From positions 32,001-96,000 of the IMG/VR virus record IMGVR_UViG_3300036790_000219: a stretch of DNA of 64,000 bases. One strand, given 5' to 3'. Made by a program: the position numbers and the translations under genes. This document shows positions 62,615 to 64,000 of this stretch, piece by piece. How positions within the stretch are numbered: the first letter of the stretch is position 1; every line of letters starts with the position of its first letter. Under the pieces are notes generated by a model. The model had not been told where the DNA came from and searched no databases. It saw nothing but the letters and a program-made list of their open reading frames with translations. This DNA comes from a virus.

Positions 62615-63715
62615 CTACGCTGCTTCCAGGACTTCAACCCAGTCCTTCTTTGGCAGGTCGATCAGCCGGTCGCCCATGGACTCAAATTCGACTGCTCGGT
62701 CGTAGTTTAGAGCCTTGTGGGCTTGGGCTGTCACAGCGTTGATCACTCCCCACCGTGATAGATCAGCGCCTTCGATCAGCGCCGTCAAGATACCACCGCG
62801 TTCGGCATCGCTAACGCCGATCTTCTGGGCCAAGACTTCCACGGCCTTGGGGACATCGCCGGTGATCTTCCCTTCCGTCATTCCCCGAGCCTTTTCGAGC
62901 CAACCCTTGAATCGGGTCTCATCAACCACCGCCCGAACCATGTCGCGGATCTTCAAGAGAATCGCGGCGTCGTCGGCTGCGCGCGTGTCATCCGCCCAGT
63001 CGATCTCACCGGTCTCCTGAATGGCTCGGCCAGCATGGTACTTGCGGTAAGCTTCCTCACCCTTCATACCGTTGAGGCAGAGCAGCCGCCACCGCAGCGC
63101 CGACACCGCAGCCGACCCACAACCAACCTCGGAGTTGGAGATCACGCCACCAGCCTGGACCACGTCGCCCCGCTTGACTTCGCCTTGAACCGTCGGTACG
63201 ACGAAGTGAATGTACAGCCGCTTCTCCGTGACTTCGGAGGACACGATCTGTACACCGGGAAGGTCAAACAACACCGGCAACGCCACTTCGGCGATCTCGT
63301 TGTTGTCCACGCGCTGATAACGGTTGGAGAGGAAAGCCCGCGCCCGCCCGTGAAGAGTACGAACCATACGCTTGCGATCATCGGCTTGCAACCAGGTGTT
63401 GACGTTTTGCGCAAGCAGAGTAGGCCGTTCGACAAGCATGCGGTCGTAGTACGGCTTTGGGATCTTCAAGAAGGAACCGACTTGTTCGTGGGCGAGGGGT
63501 TGCAATGGGAACGTTCCATTGTCGGGGATGACTAGCGATGTACGAGAAGTACTCTCGCCGTCTACCGGGCGAACTGATTGGACCGTCATTTGCAACCCAC
63601 GCGAATCGGCTACGAAGTCCTGCTTCGCTTTTGCGTTCGCGGTGATCTTCGCGGCAAGTTCATTGAGTGTAATGCCTTTCAACATTTGCTTTCTCCTGTT
63701 ATCGGCCTGTCTCAT
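62615..63715 (-). CDS. DUF932-family protein
   Basis: RAFLSNRYQRVDN, ISNSEVG.GS, RLLCLNGM. Confidence 0.8.
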   Translation of the reverse strand: MRQADNRRKQMLKGITLNELAAKITANAKAKQDFVADSRGLQMTVQSVRPVDGESTSRTSLVIPDNGTFPLQPLAHEQVGSFLKIPKPYYDRMLVERPTLLAQNVNTWLQADDRKRMVRTLHGRARAFLSNRYQRVDNNEIAEVALPVLFDLPGVQIVSSEVTEKRLYIHFVVPTVQGEVKRGDVVQAGGVISNSEVGCGSAAVSALRWRLLCLNGMKGEEAYRKYHAGRAIQETGEIDWADDTRAADDAAILLKIRDMVRAVVDETRFKGWLEKARGMTEGKITGDVPKAVEVLAQKIGVSDAERGGILTALIEGADLSRWGVINAVTAQAHKALNYDRAVEFESMGDRLIDLPKKDWVEVLEAA

Positions 63716-64000
63716 CAGTACAGGTAGGCCATTTCCTGCATACGGCGAACTAGCGCCGTTTCAACTAACTACCCCATCTACCAGTGACAATTCTATAGAG
63801 GAGGGATCCTAAAATTGCAGTTATAATGAGGCTATTTATAGACCAAATTCCAAGAAGCCAGCTGATGTAGATGTTCATTTCTTCATCCCTCCACAATTCT
63901 TTTGGACAGCGGCGCAACCGAATCCGTGGTACAAGTTGCTGCAATCTTGTCGAGCGCCGCCCGGTCTAGCTTGTACCGTTTGGCCACGGCCTCGACAAAT

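Noticed and set aside
63850-64000. Partial minus-strand gene at the window edge
   Set aside because: Truncated and too short to assign

Overview
This window is most of a tailed-phage genome of the contractile-tail (myovirus) type. Its structural layout is Bcep781/Obolenskvirus-like: TerL, DUF1073 portal, MuF, DUF2213 protease, DUF2184 capsid, DUF4054, DUF3383 sheath, DUF3277 tube, baseplate J, DUF2612. The host is probably a Hyphomicrobiales alphaproteobacterium, judged from CtrA-, GcrA-, LdtR- and HpnG-like genes. The late operon runs on + from about 227 to 60353 and is interrupted by many accessory genes and five free-standing homing endonucleases. Early genes on - start after 60438. No integrase or replication genes lie in the window. 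Four observations stand out. (1) An antisense cassette at 33621-34560: a stand-alone Cas7/RAMP-like gene followed by two arrays of phased 5-nt GGY-NN repeats. The variable dinucleotides of one array match the neighbouring gene at codon positions 1-2 for seven consecutive codons, suggesting a gapped-code RNA-guided system. (2) At least nine small ORFs share an N-terminal (V/I)xNH(L/M)P...(R/K)TxD leader that echoes motifs in the scaffold and protease, suggesting capsid-targeted cargo. (3) An O-antigen-ligase-like gene sits among signal-peptide-bearing, Ser/Thr-rich fibre-like proteins. (4) There are several host master-regulator mimics. All family assignments come from motif recognition by eye; no database search was run.
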